NCBI GenBank assembly: GCA_964455625.1
Contig: CAYVXZ010000002.1
Coordinates: 60,949-124,948 of the forward strand
DNA: 64,000 nucleotides
Direction of reading: 5' to 3'
Source of the DNA: an uncultured Planctomycetales bacterium
GTDB taxonomy: Bacteria > Planctomycetota > SBBH01
The notes below the pieces were generated by a model that saw nothing but the letters and a program-made list of their open reading frames with translations, ran no database searches and had not been told where the DNA came from. Of this stretch, positions 29,082 through 39,107 are shown in pieces. The translations under genes and the position numbers were made by a program. Each line of letters starts with the position of its first letter. Position 1 is the first letter of the stretch.

Positions 29082-32000
29082 ATGAAACGAACCGATGCGG
29101 GTATCGCGCTCGTGATGGCGACGGGGCTCGTGACGCTCATGGCGTTCCTGGCGATCCTCGTGGTCCGGGGGGCGCAGGTCGCCTCCTCCTCCCTGGGGGG
29201 GGGCGGGGAGCTGGCGGCGGAGAGCGGCTTGAGTTACGCCGCCGCGCGCCTGGTCGAGGGGGCGCGCCGGGTCCCGCCGTCGGCCGCCAACCGGTGCGAC
29301 GACTGGCGCGCGCGCGGGGCCCACGAGGGGACGCTTCCGGCGGGGCGCCTCGACAACCCGTCCTACGCCCGGGGGGAGCCGTGGGGGGACGACGGGGACG
29401 GCGTGCGGATGCCGGGCGAGGGGGGGGGCGCCTGGCGCGACCTCGACGGGGACGGACGCTTCTCCGCCTGGAGCGGGCGGACGCGGGGGGGCGGGCCGTT
29501 CTCCCGGCGCTTCTCGCTGCGGATCGCGTCGGACGCGGGGCTCGTCCCGGTGAACGCCGGGGAACTGGGGGATCCGCTCGCGGACCATGACGGCGACGGG
29601 GCCGCCAACGCCGACGATCCGGAATACGCGGACCTCCTGGCGGCCGGGGGGGCGCCGTGGGCCTCGGTCGACGTCCCGGCGAACCGCGCGATCGTGAACC
29701 TCCTCGACAGCCTGGGGGCGGTCCTCGGCGTCTCCGGGACGCGCCTCGTCAACCACACGCCGGCGGAGGGGAACTGGCCCGCGACGATGCGGCTGGGGAA
29801 GATCGCGCTGTCGGATCTCGGGACGCGGATCGTCTCGGCCCGGCCGCGGGGCGGGTACGCCTCGGTCGAGGACCTGAAGCCCGTCCTGGGTCAGGCGGAC
29901 TGGGAGAAGGTCCTTCCGTACCTCACCGTCCGGGGATCGCGCGTCCCCCGGGCCGGGGGGGGCGGCGGGTCGTTCTTCGCCGACCTGACGCGTCCTCCGA
30001 ACGTGGCCGCCGACCAGCCCCGGCTCGACCTCGACGAGGCGCCGCTCGCGGCGATCCGGGCGGTGCTCCGGATCATGACGGCGGGCGGGTACTACCACTG
30101 GGATCCGTTGAGCTACGACGCCAGCGACACGGCGCTCTACCAGTCGGTGGCGGTCGAAGGGGGATTCGTCCGCGTCCTGCCGGAGGAGGCGGACCTGATC
30201 GCGGACCTCATCGACCGCGAGCGGCGCGTCCGGCCGATCGCGAGCTGGCGCCGCCTGGCCGAGGTGCTCGGGGGGCTCCCGGCGGCGGTCGCCGACGATC
30301 CGTTCACCGCGGAAGCCGACGGCGAGGAAAGGCGGCGGCTCCTCGAGGACCTGGTCCTCGCGGGGTTCAACGCCAACTTCTACCTGCCGGACCCGTTCTC
30401 CCGGAGCCGGGACACCCTGGAGCTGGCGCGCGAGGCCATCCAGGCCGGACATGACACGCTGCGCCCCCGGCGCGTCGCCTCGGGCGGGATCATGGCCTGG
30501 AGCACCGCCCCGTACACGTCGGCGGGCCAGAGGCCGGCCATCGGGTCGGTCGGGTTCCCGAAGCTCTACGAGCCGATGGACCTGTTCCGGCCGCCGCCGC
30601 CGGATCCGGACCATCCGACGATGGCGCCGCTGAAGGCGCGCCCCGCGGCCCCGTTCGGCCTGTCCGGAGGGGTCCCCCTGTACGCGGTCGAGTCGCAGGC
30701 GGGCGGGCGGGAGGGTTCGCGCGGGACGGCGCGGGGGACTTTTGCCGCGGCGCGCGGCGCGCTGCATCTCACCAGCCAGGAGGATTTCGAGCAGTCGCGG
30801 CCGTCGTCCGCGTCGCCGCGCCGGTACGCCGGAGGCGACATCCTTTCGGCGGGGGACGCCCCGGTCGTCAAGACGGGCGTCCAGAGCCATCCCCGCTTTT
30901 CCCTGTCGGGTTACCGGGCGCAGCCGCTCGTCGACGCCTATCCGCTCCTGACGCCGGCACAGCGCGCGGCGGTCCTCGCGGCGCACGCCTATCCGGACCT
31001 CGCCGGGGACCTGCGCCTCTCGGTCCGGCAGCTCCCCGTGACGGAACTGGCGCAGGCGGATCCCCCGTGCGTCTTCGCGCTTCCGTTCAACGAGGACCAG
31101 GCCCCGTCCGCGGACACGCTCTACTCCGACACCGACTGGAAGGACAATTTCGGCGATCCGGTCCGCCGCGCGGGGGGCGCGCCGTCGCTTCTGCTGGCCT
31201 CCGACCAGGGAGCGCCGTTCGTGATCGAGGAAGGGGGGCGGTTCTCGCCGTGCGGCCCGCGCGCCTTTGCCCGGGTGATGCCGGGGCGGAAGGCGGATTC
31301 GGTCCTGTACGGGTGGAGCCCCTTCTCGGCGCCGTTCCCGCTGACGCGCGGCGACTACCGCGACCCGGACGACCCCTCGAAGGTCGTGGCGCGGGGGGGC
31401 GAGGTCCGGAACGCCACGATCTCGTTCCTTTACCCGTCGCGCGGCGGGGAGGATGTCGTCCCCCAGCACTGGAACGGGACGTTCGTCCTGCGCTACCACC
31501 GCGGGACGGGGACGGGCGCCGGGACCGGCCCCGGCGATTCAGGCGGTTCGGGCGACGCGGGCGGGAAGGGGTCCGGGGGCGCCGTCGCCGGCGGCGGCCT
31601 GGACGGCGGCGGGATGCCCCCTCCGAACGAGGAGGATTCCGACGGCCAGGAGGGGACGGGAAGCGCGTATCCGGTCTATCTCCAGGTCGAATGCATGATG
31701 AACGACGGCCTGATGATCACGCCGGTCGGAGCGACCGGCGCCAGCGGGTCGGCGCTCGTGATGCCGCCGCCGATTTCCGCCGGGTCTCCGCAGCGATGGC
31801 GGCACGTGGCGCTCGTGATCGACGGCGGCACGAACCCGGACGACGGTGACGCGCAGATGCGGATCCACGTGGACGGCGTCGCCACGCTTTCCGTGATCAG
31901 CCTGAAGATGAGCGCGCTCGCGGCCGGGAACCGTCCCCGATCCGACGAGATGCGCCTCGAGATCCTGCAGGGTCCGTTCGATGACCTGAAGTTCTTCGAC

Positions 32001-32432
32001 CGCGCCATGACCCCGGAAGAGGTCACGGTCGAGGCGGCGCGCTCGCTCGTGCGGCACGAGCCGGCGGGGGTCTACCGGTCGGGGCTTTTCACGTTCGATC
32101 CGGACCGGTTTCCGGCGGGGGGGATCCCGGCAGGCGCCTCCTGGGACGCCTTCTCGCCCGCCGCGTGCCGCGCCGGCGGGACGACCCCGCTCGCGTTCGC
32201 CGTCCGCGCCTACGCCGAGGACGGGACGACGCTTCTCGGAGAGGCGCGCTTCGACTGGGACGGGGATCCCGCGACGGCGCAGGAGGCGCTCTTCCGGCTC
32301 CCGCGGTGCCGGCACGTCCGCTGGGAGGCGACGCTCCGGTCGGCGACATCCGCGGACACGCCGGTCCTTGACGAGTTCCGCCTGCTCTACGCGTCCCCCG
32401 GGAACGCCTGGAGCGGCTACGTGGTCGAGTGA
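29082..32432 (+). CDS. giant secreted protein with PilX_N-like N-terminal domain, paralog B
   Basis: About 1116 aa from ATG 29082 (MKRTDAGIALVMATGLVTLMAFLAILVV). Conserved blocks shared with 20084..23341. Gly-rich low-complexity stretch (GTGTGAGTGPGDSGGSGDAGGKGSGG). Confidence 0.6.
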   Translation: MKRTDAGIALVMATGLVTLMAFLAILVVRGAQVASSSLGGGGELAAESGLSYAAARLVEGARRVPPSAANRCDDWRARGAHEGTLPAGRLDNPSYARGEPWGDDGDGVRMPGEGGGAWRDLDGDGRFSAWSGRTRGGGPFSRRFSLRIASDAGLVPVNAGELGDPLADHDGDGAANADDPEYADLLAAGGAPWASVDVPANRAIVNLLDSLGAVLGVSGTRLVNHTPAEGNWPATMRLGKIALSDLGTRIVSARPRGGYASVEDLKPVLGQADWEKVLPYLTVRGSRVPRAGGGGGSFFADLTRPPNVAADQPRLDLDEAPLAAIRAVLRIMTAGGYYHWDPLSYDASDTALYQSVAVEGGFVRVLPEEADLIADLIDRERRVRPIASWRRLAEVLGGLPAAVADDPFTAEADGEERRRLLEDLVLAGFNANFYLPDPFSRSRDTLELAREAIQAGHDTLRPRRVASGGIMAWSTAPYTSAGQRPAIGSVGFPKLYEPMDLFRPPPPDPDHPTMAPLKARPAAPFGLSGGVPLYAVESQAGGREGSRGTARGTFAAARGALHLTSQEDFEQSRPSSASPRRYAGGDILSAGDAPVVKTGVQSHPRFSLSGYRAQPLVDAYPLLTPAQRAAVLAAHAYPDLAGDLRLSVRQLPVTELAQADPPCVFALPFNEDQAPSADTLYSDTDWKDNFGDPVRRAGGAPSLLLASDQGAPFVIEEGGRFSPCGPRAFARVMPGRKADSVLYGWSPFSAPFPLTRGDYRDPDDPSKVVARGGEVRNATISFLYPSRGGEDVVPQHWNGTFVLRYHRGTGTGAGTGPGDSGGSGDAGGKGSGGAVAGGGLDGGGMPPPNEEDSDGQEGTGSAYPVYLQVECMMNDGLMITPVGATGASGSALVMPPPISAGSPQRWRHVALVIDGGTNPDDGDAQMRIHVDGVATLSVISLKMSALAAGNRPRSDEMRLEILQGPFDDLKFFDRAMTPEEVTVEAARSLVRHEPAGVYRSGLFTFDPDRFPAGGIPAGASWDAFSPAACRAGGTTPLAFAVRAYAEDGTTLLGEARFDWDGDPATAQEALFRLPRCRHVRWEATLRSATSADTPVLDEFRLLYASPGNAWSGYVVE

Positions 32433-32450
32433 CGGCAGTGACAGTGGGGA

Positions 32451-33848
32451 TTACCGGATCGTGACGGGGACTGGCGGGGCGACGGACTCTCCGGTCCATG
32501 CCTTTCCCGTCTCCGTCCCGCCGCCGATCTTCCCCCCGAACAGGCGAGCGAACCCGCTCTCGAGCCGGGCGCCGGAGTATCCCGCGACCAGGCGGTAACG
32601 TCCCGGGGGGACGTCCTGGGGGAGCTCTGCCGTCAGGCGGACCGGTTCCCCCTTTTTCCCGAGGATCCGGGCGGTTCCGCTTCCCGCGTCATGCCGGTAG
32701 GCCTTCATGGCGGCGACCGTCCCGTCCTCGGCCAGCAGGGCCGCCCAGAAACAGAGGCCGGGCGCGCGGCCGGGAGGGAGGTCGAGCCGGATTCCGGGGC
32801 GGTTGTTCTCTCCCGTCAGGACGAGATCGAAGACGAGGGGCGTCCCCGACGCCGTCTCCCGCTCCGCGGGGACCAGTTCCATCTTCAGGCCGCTCTCCTT
32901 CCGGTCGAGCGAAGGGAGCATCCAGGCGGGGCCCGTCTCGGCCTCCGCCAGCAGGCGCTGCACGGGCGGCGTGAATCCGTCCCCGGGGTCCGCATCCGGC
33001 AGTCGGTCCTGGGCGGCGGTCGTGTCGTACCGGACGGCCAGCCGGAACGGGCCGACCCGTGTCGAGGCGTTTCCGGGGAGGGAGACGTCCTGTTCCAGCG
33101 TCTCGCCGGGCGCCAGGCACAGGGAGCGGAAGGTCGGGGCCCCCGGCCCCCTTCCTCCCGCCGCCACGAGGGCCTCCTTCATTATCTGGCCCTTCACGAC
33201 GGCCCCCATCACTTCGGCGTCTCGGGCCGCATCGGCGGGGTCGTCCTCCCACTTGGGGAAGTACTGGAGCGCGTCCGGATCGATCCAGAGGGGAGCCTTT
33301 CCCCCGTTCCTGAAAACCACCCGGAATCCGGACGGCTTCTCGCGGGTGAGGGTCGTCGTTTCGAGGCGGACCGACAGTTCCAGCGCTCCAGGGTCCGCTA
33401 CCCCGTCCGGGAACAGCGCTTCCAGCCTCTTGCGAGCGCCCTTTCCCATCCCGTTCAGGAGGTCGAAGGCCCGCGAGGCGGCCTGCCTGTCCCGCGTCGT
33501 CTCCAGGACGCCGATCAGCCGGTCGATCTCCTCGCGCTGGTCGGCCCGGATCCACGCCATGCCATCCAGCAGTTCCCGCGCGCGCAGGCGGACCTCGGGC
33601 TCGCCGCTTTCCGAGGCGCTCACCAGCGCCCAGGCCGCCTCCGGCCCGATCCCTGCCAGCCGGCGGCCCGCCTCCTCGCGGCGTTCGAGCTCCGGATGGC
33701 CAAGGTTCCTGACGAGGGTCTCGATCTCGGCCCGCAGGGCGGGATCGGCGGGAGGGGAGGGCGTTCCGGAGTCGGCGCTTGCGGGCGCGGAAAGCGCGGG
33801 GAAGGCCAGGCCGCAGGCCAGGATGACGGGAAGCAGACGCATGTGCAA
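32451..33848 (-). CDS. hypothetical secreted protein
   Basis: 465 aa, signal peptide MRLLPVILACGLAFPALSAPASA. No family recognised. Confidence 0.5.
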   Translation of the reverse strand: MHMRLLPVILACGLAFPALSAPASADSGTPSPPADPALRAEIETLVRNLGHPELERREEAGRRLAGIGPEAAWALVSASESGEPEVRLRARELLDGMAWIRADQREEIDRLIGVLETTRDRQAASRAFDLLNGMGKGARKRLEALFPDGVADPGALELSVRLETTTLTREKPSGFRVVFRNGGKAPLWIDPDALQYFPKWEDDPADAARDAEVMGAVVKGQIMKEALVAAGGRGPGAPTFRSLCLAPGETLEQDVSLPGNASTRVGPFRLAVRYDTTAAQDRLPDADPGDGFTPPVQRLLAEAETGPAWMLPSLDRKESGLKMELVPAERETASGTPLVFDLVLTGENNRPGIRLDLPPGRAPGLCFWAALLAEDGTVAAMKAYRHDAGSGTARILGKKGEPVRLTAELPQDVPPGRYRLVAGYSGARLESGFARLFGGKIGGGTETGKAWTGESVAPPVPVTIR

Positions 33849-33984
33849 AAGACCCCCCTTTCGGATCGCCTGTCATCCGGGACGTTCCGCGGCGTTTCCT
33901 TGACTCAATGATTTCGCGGGAAATCCGCGCGTCTCCCGGTGCGTCCGGAGCGGGTACACTGTCGGACAGGTGGGGTCGAACCGG

Positions 33985-35526
33985 ATGGGTGTCACGTTCG
34001 CGCGCATCTCCTTCCTGGCCGGCGTCCTGTTTGCCGGCGGCGCGCGCGGCGATCCGGCGCCGGACGCGGCGATCCGGGACCTTTCCAGCCCTTCCTTCGA
34101 GGAGCGTCAGGCCGCTTCCAGGCGTCTCGCGGCCGAGGCGGCGCGGCTGGAAAAGGCGGGAGACCGGAAGGGGCTTTCCGCCCTGATGAAGACGCTCCGG
34201 GCCTGCGTCGACGACAGCGAGGACCAGGAGGCCCGCGAGGCCGCGCGGCTGATCCTGGCGCCGCTTCTGGCGGGGAATCCGCGCTGGCGGAAACTTCTCG
34301 AGGATCTTCCGGGTCGCGCCGTCCGCGGCATGGCCGTTCCCGAGGGGATCCTGCTCACGAATCTTTCCACCGGCGTGATGACGGACGCCTTCCTGGAAAC
34401 GGACGTCGACGGGACGACCCCGCTCTGGATCGGCCTCTACGATCCGTCGACGGGCGCGCGGATCTGGGAGACGAAACTGGACGCCGGCCAGGTCGGGTTT
34501 TCGGGACTCGACGTTTCGGAGGCGGGGATCCTCGCCTTCGGGAACGACGTCGGGGGGGGGATCACTTTCCAGGTTGCCGGGGAAGCGGGCGTTTTCCGCC
34601 AGGAGTCCGGGACCGGATGGGCCAGGCTTCTCGACCGGAAGACCGGGCGCACCCTGTGGGAGGCGGCCCCGAAGATGCTCGGAGCCGGCATCGTCGGGGC
34701 GTTCGTTTCCGGAAAGAGGATCGTGCTTCACGGCCTGGACGCCAAGGGGGGCGGGCGCGTCTGGTGCCTGGATCTCGCCGGCGACCCCTCCAAGCCGCTC
34801 TGGTCGATCGGGTTCAAGTCGCCCCCGACGGTCCGGCTGGCCCCCGCGGACTGGCTGGGCGAGCCGGCCGTTTTCGTCGCGACCCCCGGTCAGATCGGGG
34901 TCTGGCGCCTGGCGGACGGCCGGGAGGCCTGGAGCCGGAAGGGGGAGGCGACCTGCCATGTCTTCGAGACGGTCCCGGGCGGGATCGTCCTTGCGGGGTA
35001 TCCGGGCGCGTCTCCGGGCGGCGCGTTTTTCGGGGCGTTGGACGGATCCGGGGAGAAGGAGTTCCTGCGGCTGGTCTCCGGGAAGACGGGCGAGACGGTC
35101 TGGGAAAAGAAACCCCCTCCCGGGCACGTGTTTGCGGCCGCCCCCCTGGAAGGGGGCGTCTGGGCGGGCGGGGACGCGGAGGGAAACCTCGAGGGTCCCT
35201 GGTGGATGGGGCTCTACGACGCGGCGACGGGAAAACCCCGCTGGGAGATCACGGGGGTGCATTTTCCCGACGGGAACGTCCCGATCCCGCACGTCTCGCC
35301 GCAGGGAATCCTGGTGGGAGGAAAGGCGCCTCCCTTCGGCGGGATGGTGGCGCCCGGCTTCTCCCTGACCTTCTACGCCGCGGCCACCGGAAAGGTCGTC
35401 TGGAAGCGGGTCCTCGAATGGGTCGACACCGACGTCACCGGGATCGAGACCGTGTCCGGAGGGGTCCTTGTCTTCGCGCCGGCGGGCGTCTCGTTCGTCC
35501 GTCTCGCGGACGCCGACACCGAATAG
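33985..35526 (+). CDS. secreted PQQ-like beta-propeller repeat protein (BamB-like fold)
   Basis: Signal peptide MGVTFARISFLAGVLFAGGARG. Repeated G(x)xxW(E/K)xK/ GxV(W) units (ARIWETK, RTLWEAAP, GREAWSRK, GETVWEKK, GKPRWEITG, GKVVWKRV). Confidence 0.55.
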   Translation: MGVTFARISFLAGVLFAGGARGDPAPDAAIRDLSSPSFEERQAASRRLAAEAARLEKAGDRKGLSALMKTLRACVDDSEDQEAREAARLILAPLLAGNPRWRKLLEDLPGRAVRGMAVPEGILLTNLSTGVMTDAFLETDVDGTTPLWIGLYDPSTGARIWETKLDAGQVGFSGLDVSEAGILAFGNDVGGGITFQVAGEAGVFRQESGTGWARLLDRKTGRTLWEAAPKMLGAGIVGAFVSGKRIVLHGLDAKGGGRVWCLDLAGDPSKPLWSIGFKSPPTVRLAPADWLGEPAVFVATPGQIGVWRLADGREAWSRKGEATCHVFETVPGGIVLAGYPGASPGGAFFGALDGSGEKEFLRLVSGKTGETVWEKKPPPGHVFAAAPLEGGVWAGGDAEGNLEGPWWMGLYDAATGKPRWEITGVHFPDGNVPIPHVSPQGILVGGKAPPFGGMVAPGFSLTFYAAATGKVVWKRVLEWVDTDVTGIETVSGGVLVFAPAGVSFVRLADADTE

Positions 35527-35714
35527 AGCCCACATTCCCGGACAGCCTCTAAATCGCATTTTCCGGAAGATGGGCGTCGAATAGGCATGAAATGATCTGC
35601 TGATCATTCGGATCCGGCGCAGTCGCCTCTCCGGGCCTCGCTGGAGCCGGCTCGCACGCTTTTTGCTCGTCTACTCTCGCAATGCATTTCCGGAAAACGC
35701 ACAGGAGGGGATTC

Positions 35715-36974
35715 ATGATGATGACGACAAGGACTGTCCTGAAGGCCGTTCTTTTCGCGGGCGTGGTCTTTTGCGCGCACGCCGATCCGTTCCTGCGCAT
35801 TCTCGAGAATCCCTGGGGCCCGATGGGATCGGGGCAGTTCGGGATGAGCGTCGCGGGAGGCGGGGACTGGGACGCCGACGGCTATCCGGATCTGGTCGTC
35901 GGGTCTCCGAAATACGTGCCCCCGCAATATGGCAGCGTGTCCGTGTTCTCGGGGAGGACGGGGAAGTCCATGGATTCGTGGGTCAGCTCTGTCGGGATCA
36001 ACTACGGGAAGGGTTTCGGCGCCTCTGTGGCGCATGCGGGGGACCTTGACGGCGACGGTCTCGGTGACGTCATCGTGGGTTCCTTGACGGCGATTTCCGC
36101 CTTCAACGGAGACGGTTTTCTGTGGATGCAGACCCGCCCGGATCCCGGCGTGTTGATCCCCGTCGTCGTGGCCTCGCTCGGGGACGTGGACGGCGACGGC
36201 CGGCCGGACGTCGCGATGGGGGACAGCCAGTTCGACGGATCCGCCGGCGCCCTGGCCGGGCGCGTGGCGGTCTATTCGGGGGCGACGGGCGCCTTCATCC
36301 GGAACATCGAAGGGGAGACCCCTTATTCGTACCTGGGGACCTCGGTCTGCGGCGCCGGCGACGTGAACGGAGACGGCGTCCCGGATATCGCGGCCGGCGG
36401 AGCGGGGTACCAGCAGAACGTGGGACGTACGTATCTTTTTTCAGGCGCCAGCGGGAGCCTTTTGCGCGCCTACGATGCCGCCCCGGGCGACATGGACATG
36501 GGGCGCGCCGTGGCGAACGCCGGGGACGCGACCGGGGACGGGATCCCGGATCTTCTCGTCAGCTCGATGCAGACGAACAGCTATCCGATCGGGAGGGGGA
36601 GGGTGTCCTTGTTCTCGGGGGCGGACGGGACGCGGGTCTGGTCGCAGGTGGGCCCCCAGGTCGCCGATCTCTTCGGGAGCAGCATTGCCGCGACCGGGGA
36701 CGTGAACGGCGACGGGAAGGGGGATTTCCTGGTGGGGGCGCCGCAACTCCAGCCGCAGCCCGACAAGAAAGGGAAGGCATACCTCTACTCCGGGGCACCG
36801 GGCCGCGCCTTGCTGCGTGAGGAGACCGGCCAGCAGTTCCAGGACGGGTTCGGGACGTCTGTCTGCGGGGCGGGCGACCTGGACGGGAACGGCCGGGCCG
36901 AGGTGGCCATCGGCGCTCCGTTTTTCTCGGGATCGGCCGGCGGTGGCGGGCGCGTTTACGTGGGAGGGGAGTAG
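35715..36974 (+). CDS. secreted FG-GAP repeat (integrin-alpha-like beta-propeller) protein
   Basis: AGGAGGGG then ATGATGATG at 35715. Seven or more FG-GAP / DxDGDG units (GDWDADGYPDLVVG, GDLDGDGLGDVIVG, GDVDGDGRPDVAMG, GDVNGDGVPDIAAG, GDATGDGIPDLLV, GDVNGDGKGDFLVG, GDLDGNGRAEVAIG). Confidence 0.7.
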   Translation: MMMTTRTVLKAVLFAGVVFCAHADPFLRILENPWGPMGSGQFGMSVAGGGDWDADGYPDLVVGSPKYVPPQYGSVSVFSGRTGKSMDSWVSSVGINYGKGFGASVAHAGDLDGDGLGDVIVGSLTAISAFNGDGFLWMQTRPDPGVLIPVVVASLGDVDGDGRPDVAMGDSQFDGSAGALAGRVAVYSGATGAFIRNIEGETPYSYLGTSVCGAGDVNGDGVPDIAAGGAGYQQNVGRTYLFSGASGSLLRAYDAAPGDMDMGRAVANAGDATGDGIPDLLVSSMQTNSYPIGRGRVSLFSGADGTRVWSQVGPQVADLFGSSIAATGDVNGDGKGDFLVGAPQLQPQPDKKGKAYLYSGAPGRALLREETGQQFQDGFGTSVCGAGDLDGNGRAEVAIGAPFFSGSAGGGGRVYVGGE

Positions 36975-36991
36975 GCCAGGCAGACCAGGCG

Positions 36992-37996
36992 CTAGGACAG
37001 CGCCTTCGCGAGGAGCGGCACGCTCACGTCGTACCGGTAGGGGATCGACATGTGGCCGTCGTCGAACTCCTCGTGGATGACCTTCTTCCCGAGGCCATGC
37101 TTCCGGAGCGCCGCGACGAGGGCGCGCGCCCCCCAATGCAGGTGCCATTCGTCCGCGGTTCCGCAGTCGACGTAGATGAGCTTCAGCTTCCGGAGGTTCT
37201 TCACGTGCCTCGGGACCATGTTGACCGGGTCCCAGGCGCGCCACCGCGCCCAGACCTCCGGGCGGAAGGCGCCCGTCTCGAGGTCGAACGGGAAGTCGAT
37301 CCCGAGGGTCTTCCTCGCCTTCGGGTCCGGGGAATAGTGTGCCGACATCGCGAGCATGTTGAGGGGGTTCAGGAAGCGCTTCCTGCGCTGGTTGTCGTCC
37401 CGCCAGAACCCGTCGAGCCATTTCGCGGGGCCGCCGGCCTTGCGCCAGGCGTCGAGGGCCGACGGGAAGTCGGGGAGGTACGAGAGCTCGAAGTTGGAGT
37501 CGCCCGAATGGTCGGCCACGGCCTCGAACACCTCTGGATTGCGCATCCCCTGGACGATCGCGCCGTATCCGCCGGACGACTTGCCGAAGATCCCCCAGCG
37601 TCCCGTCCGGAACGATTCCGACACGTACGGGACGATCTCCTTCACGAGATAGTCCTCGTACCGGCCGATGGCCGACGAATTGATGTACTGGTTTCCCCCC
37701 AGGCGCGTGAAGCAGTCCGGGGCGGCGACGATCACGGGAGGGCACTTTCCCGACGTGATCAGGCGGTCGAGCCGTTCTTTCAGTCCTTCGGTGAGCGGAT
37801 CCCGATTGAAGAGCATCGCCCCCGTCCCCGTGAACCCGGCGATGGCGAGAAGCGCCGGGTAGCGCCGTTTCGCCGCGGGGTCGTACCCGGGCGGCAGGTA
37901 GACGTAGAGGTCGCGCGTCGCCGGATCCCCGAGGGGATTTCCCGCGAGGACGCGGCTCGTGTGGCGCCGGATGACGAGGGTTCCTTCCTTGCGCAT
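36992..37996 (-). CDS. esterase (putative esterase / enterochelin-esterase-like alpha/beta hydrolase)
   Basis: Trimmed to ATG at 37996 (MRKEGTLV). GKSSGGYGA nucleophile elbow. YVYLPPGYDP start typical of the PF00756 esterase family. Confidence 0.6.
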   Translation of the reverse strand: MRKEGTLVIRRHTSRVLAGNPLGDPATRDLYVYLPPGYDPAAKRRYPALLAIAGFTGTGAMLFNRDPLTEGLKERLDRLITSGKCPPVIVAAPDCFTRLGGNQYINSSAIGRYEDYLVKEIVPYVSESFRTGRWGIFGKSSGGYGAIVQGMRNPEVFEAVADHSGDSNFELSYLPDFPSALDAWRKAGGPAKWLDGFWRDDNQRRKRFLNPLNMLAMSAHYSPDPKARKTLGIDFPFDLETGAFRPEVWARWRAWDPVNMVPRHVKNLRKLKLIYVDCGTADEWHLHWGARALVAALRKHGLGKKVIHEEFDDGHMSIPYRYDVSVPLLAKALS

Positions 37997-38030
37997 GGAG
38001 AGGATTGTAGGGGGGGGTAGACTGGAAGGA

Positions 38031-39098
38031 ATGCGTCGTTTCGTTGTTGCGGGGTACTTGGTGCTTGCCTCGGCCGGATTCTCGGCGCCGGGGATCACCG
38101 CCGCGGACTTCCGGGACTGGAAAGACGTGATCCTGCCTGACGCGGAAGAAAGCGCGTGGGAGAAGATCCCGTGGCGGACCTCCCTCTGGGCCGGGGCCGC
38201 CGAGGCCCAGAAGAAGGGGGTTCCGGTCCTGTTCTTCATCGGGAAGGACGGCGGGCGTCCGCTGGGGCCCGGCGTCCCGGACGGAATCGAAGCATCCGGC
38301 GTCTGGAATGATCCGGCGGTGCGGCAGCTCGCGTTCCTCTATGTCGCCGTGGCCGACGACGGCGGGCTCCTGATCGACGACGAGGGACCCGAGGGAGAGT
38401 GGTTCCGGAAGATCCTGCATGAGGCGAAGGGACGGGGAGGCGAGGGGGTCTATCTCGTCGCGCCGGGGGGTGCCCTCTTGGGGGTGGTGACGCCGGACGG
38501 TCCCGCGGCGGTGGCCGAGGCCCTGAAGCGTGGGCTCGCCGCATGGAACGCGCTCCGGGAACAGGATCGCCTCGGAAAGCCGATCGATCCGGCGGACGCC
38601 GCGGAGCGTCCCGAGTCGCGCTTTCCCGATGAGGGGCTGGCGCTCGTCGCGCGCGCGCGCGAACCGGTGCCGGGCCGCCCCGTGCACTGGCGCAAGACAC
38701 GCGACGCCGTCTGGTTTTCCCGCGCCGAGGCGGAGGAGCTGTTGCCGGAGGACTTCCGCCGCGGCGACCGGATCGAATGGCCGGAACGGCTCGCGCGGCG
38801 CCTGGCCTGCTTTCCGGCGCTGGCCGGGGCACACCTGACGTCGACGGTGGTCTCCCTGGAGGAAGGGGAGGTCGTCCTGTCGGTCGGGGGGCGCGCGGGG
38901 AATCTCGTCCTGACCGGGGATGCCGTCTGGGACATCGGGGCGGAAAGGTTCACGGCGTTCGACCTGCTGGCCGCCGCGGATCTCCGCCGGGACAAGGACG
39001 GCCCCGGCTTCTACTGGACCCTCGCGGAGAAGGGGGCGATCGACCGCCTCGCGCCGTCGTCGCTCGATGACGACTGGCCCGAACCGGACGAGGAGTAG
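38031..39098 (+). CDS. hypothetical secreted protein
   Basis: GGAAGGA then ATG at 38031. Signal peptide MRRFVVAGYLVLASAGFSA. No family recognised. Confidence 0.5.
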   Translation: MRRFVVAGYLVLASAGFSAPGITAADFRDWKDVILPDAEESAWEKIPWRTSLWAGAAEAQKKGVPVLFFIGKDGGRPLGPGVPDGIEASGVWNDPAVRQLAFLYVAVADDGGLLIDDEGPEGEWFRKILHEAKGRGGEGVYLVAPGGALLGVVTPDGPAAVAEALKRGLAAWNALREQDRLGKPIDPADAAERPESRFPDEGLALVARAREPVPGRPVHWRKTRDAVWFSRAEAEELLPEDFRRGDRIEWPERLARRLACFPALAGAHLTSTVVSLEEGEVVLSVGGRAGNLVLTGDAVWDIGAERFTAFDLLAAADLRRDKDGPGFYWTLAEKGAIDRLAPSSLDDDWPEPDEE

Positions 39099-39107
39099 GC
39101 TGTTCAA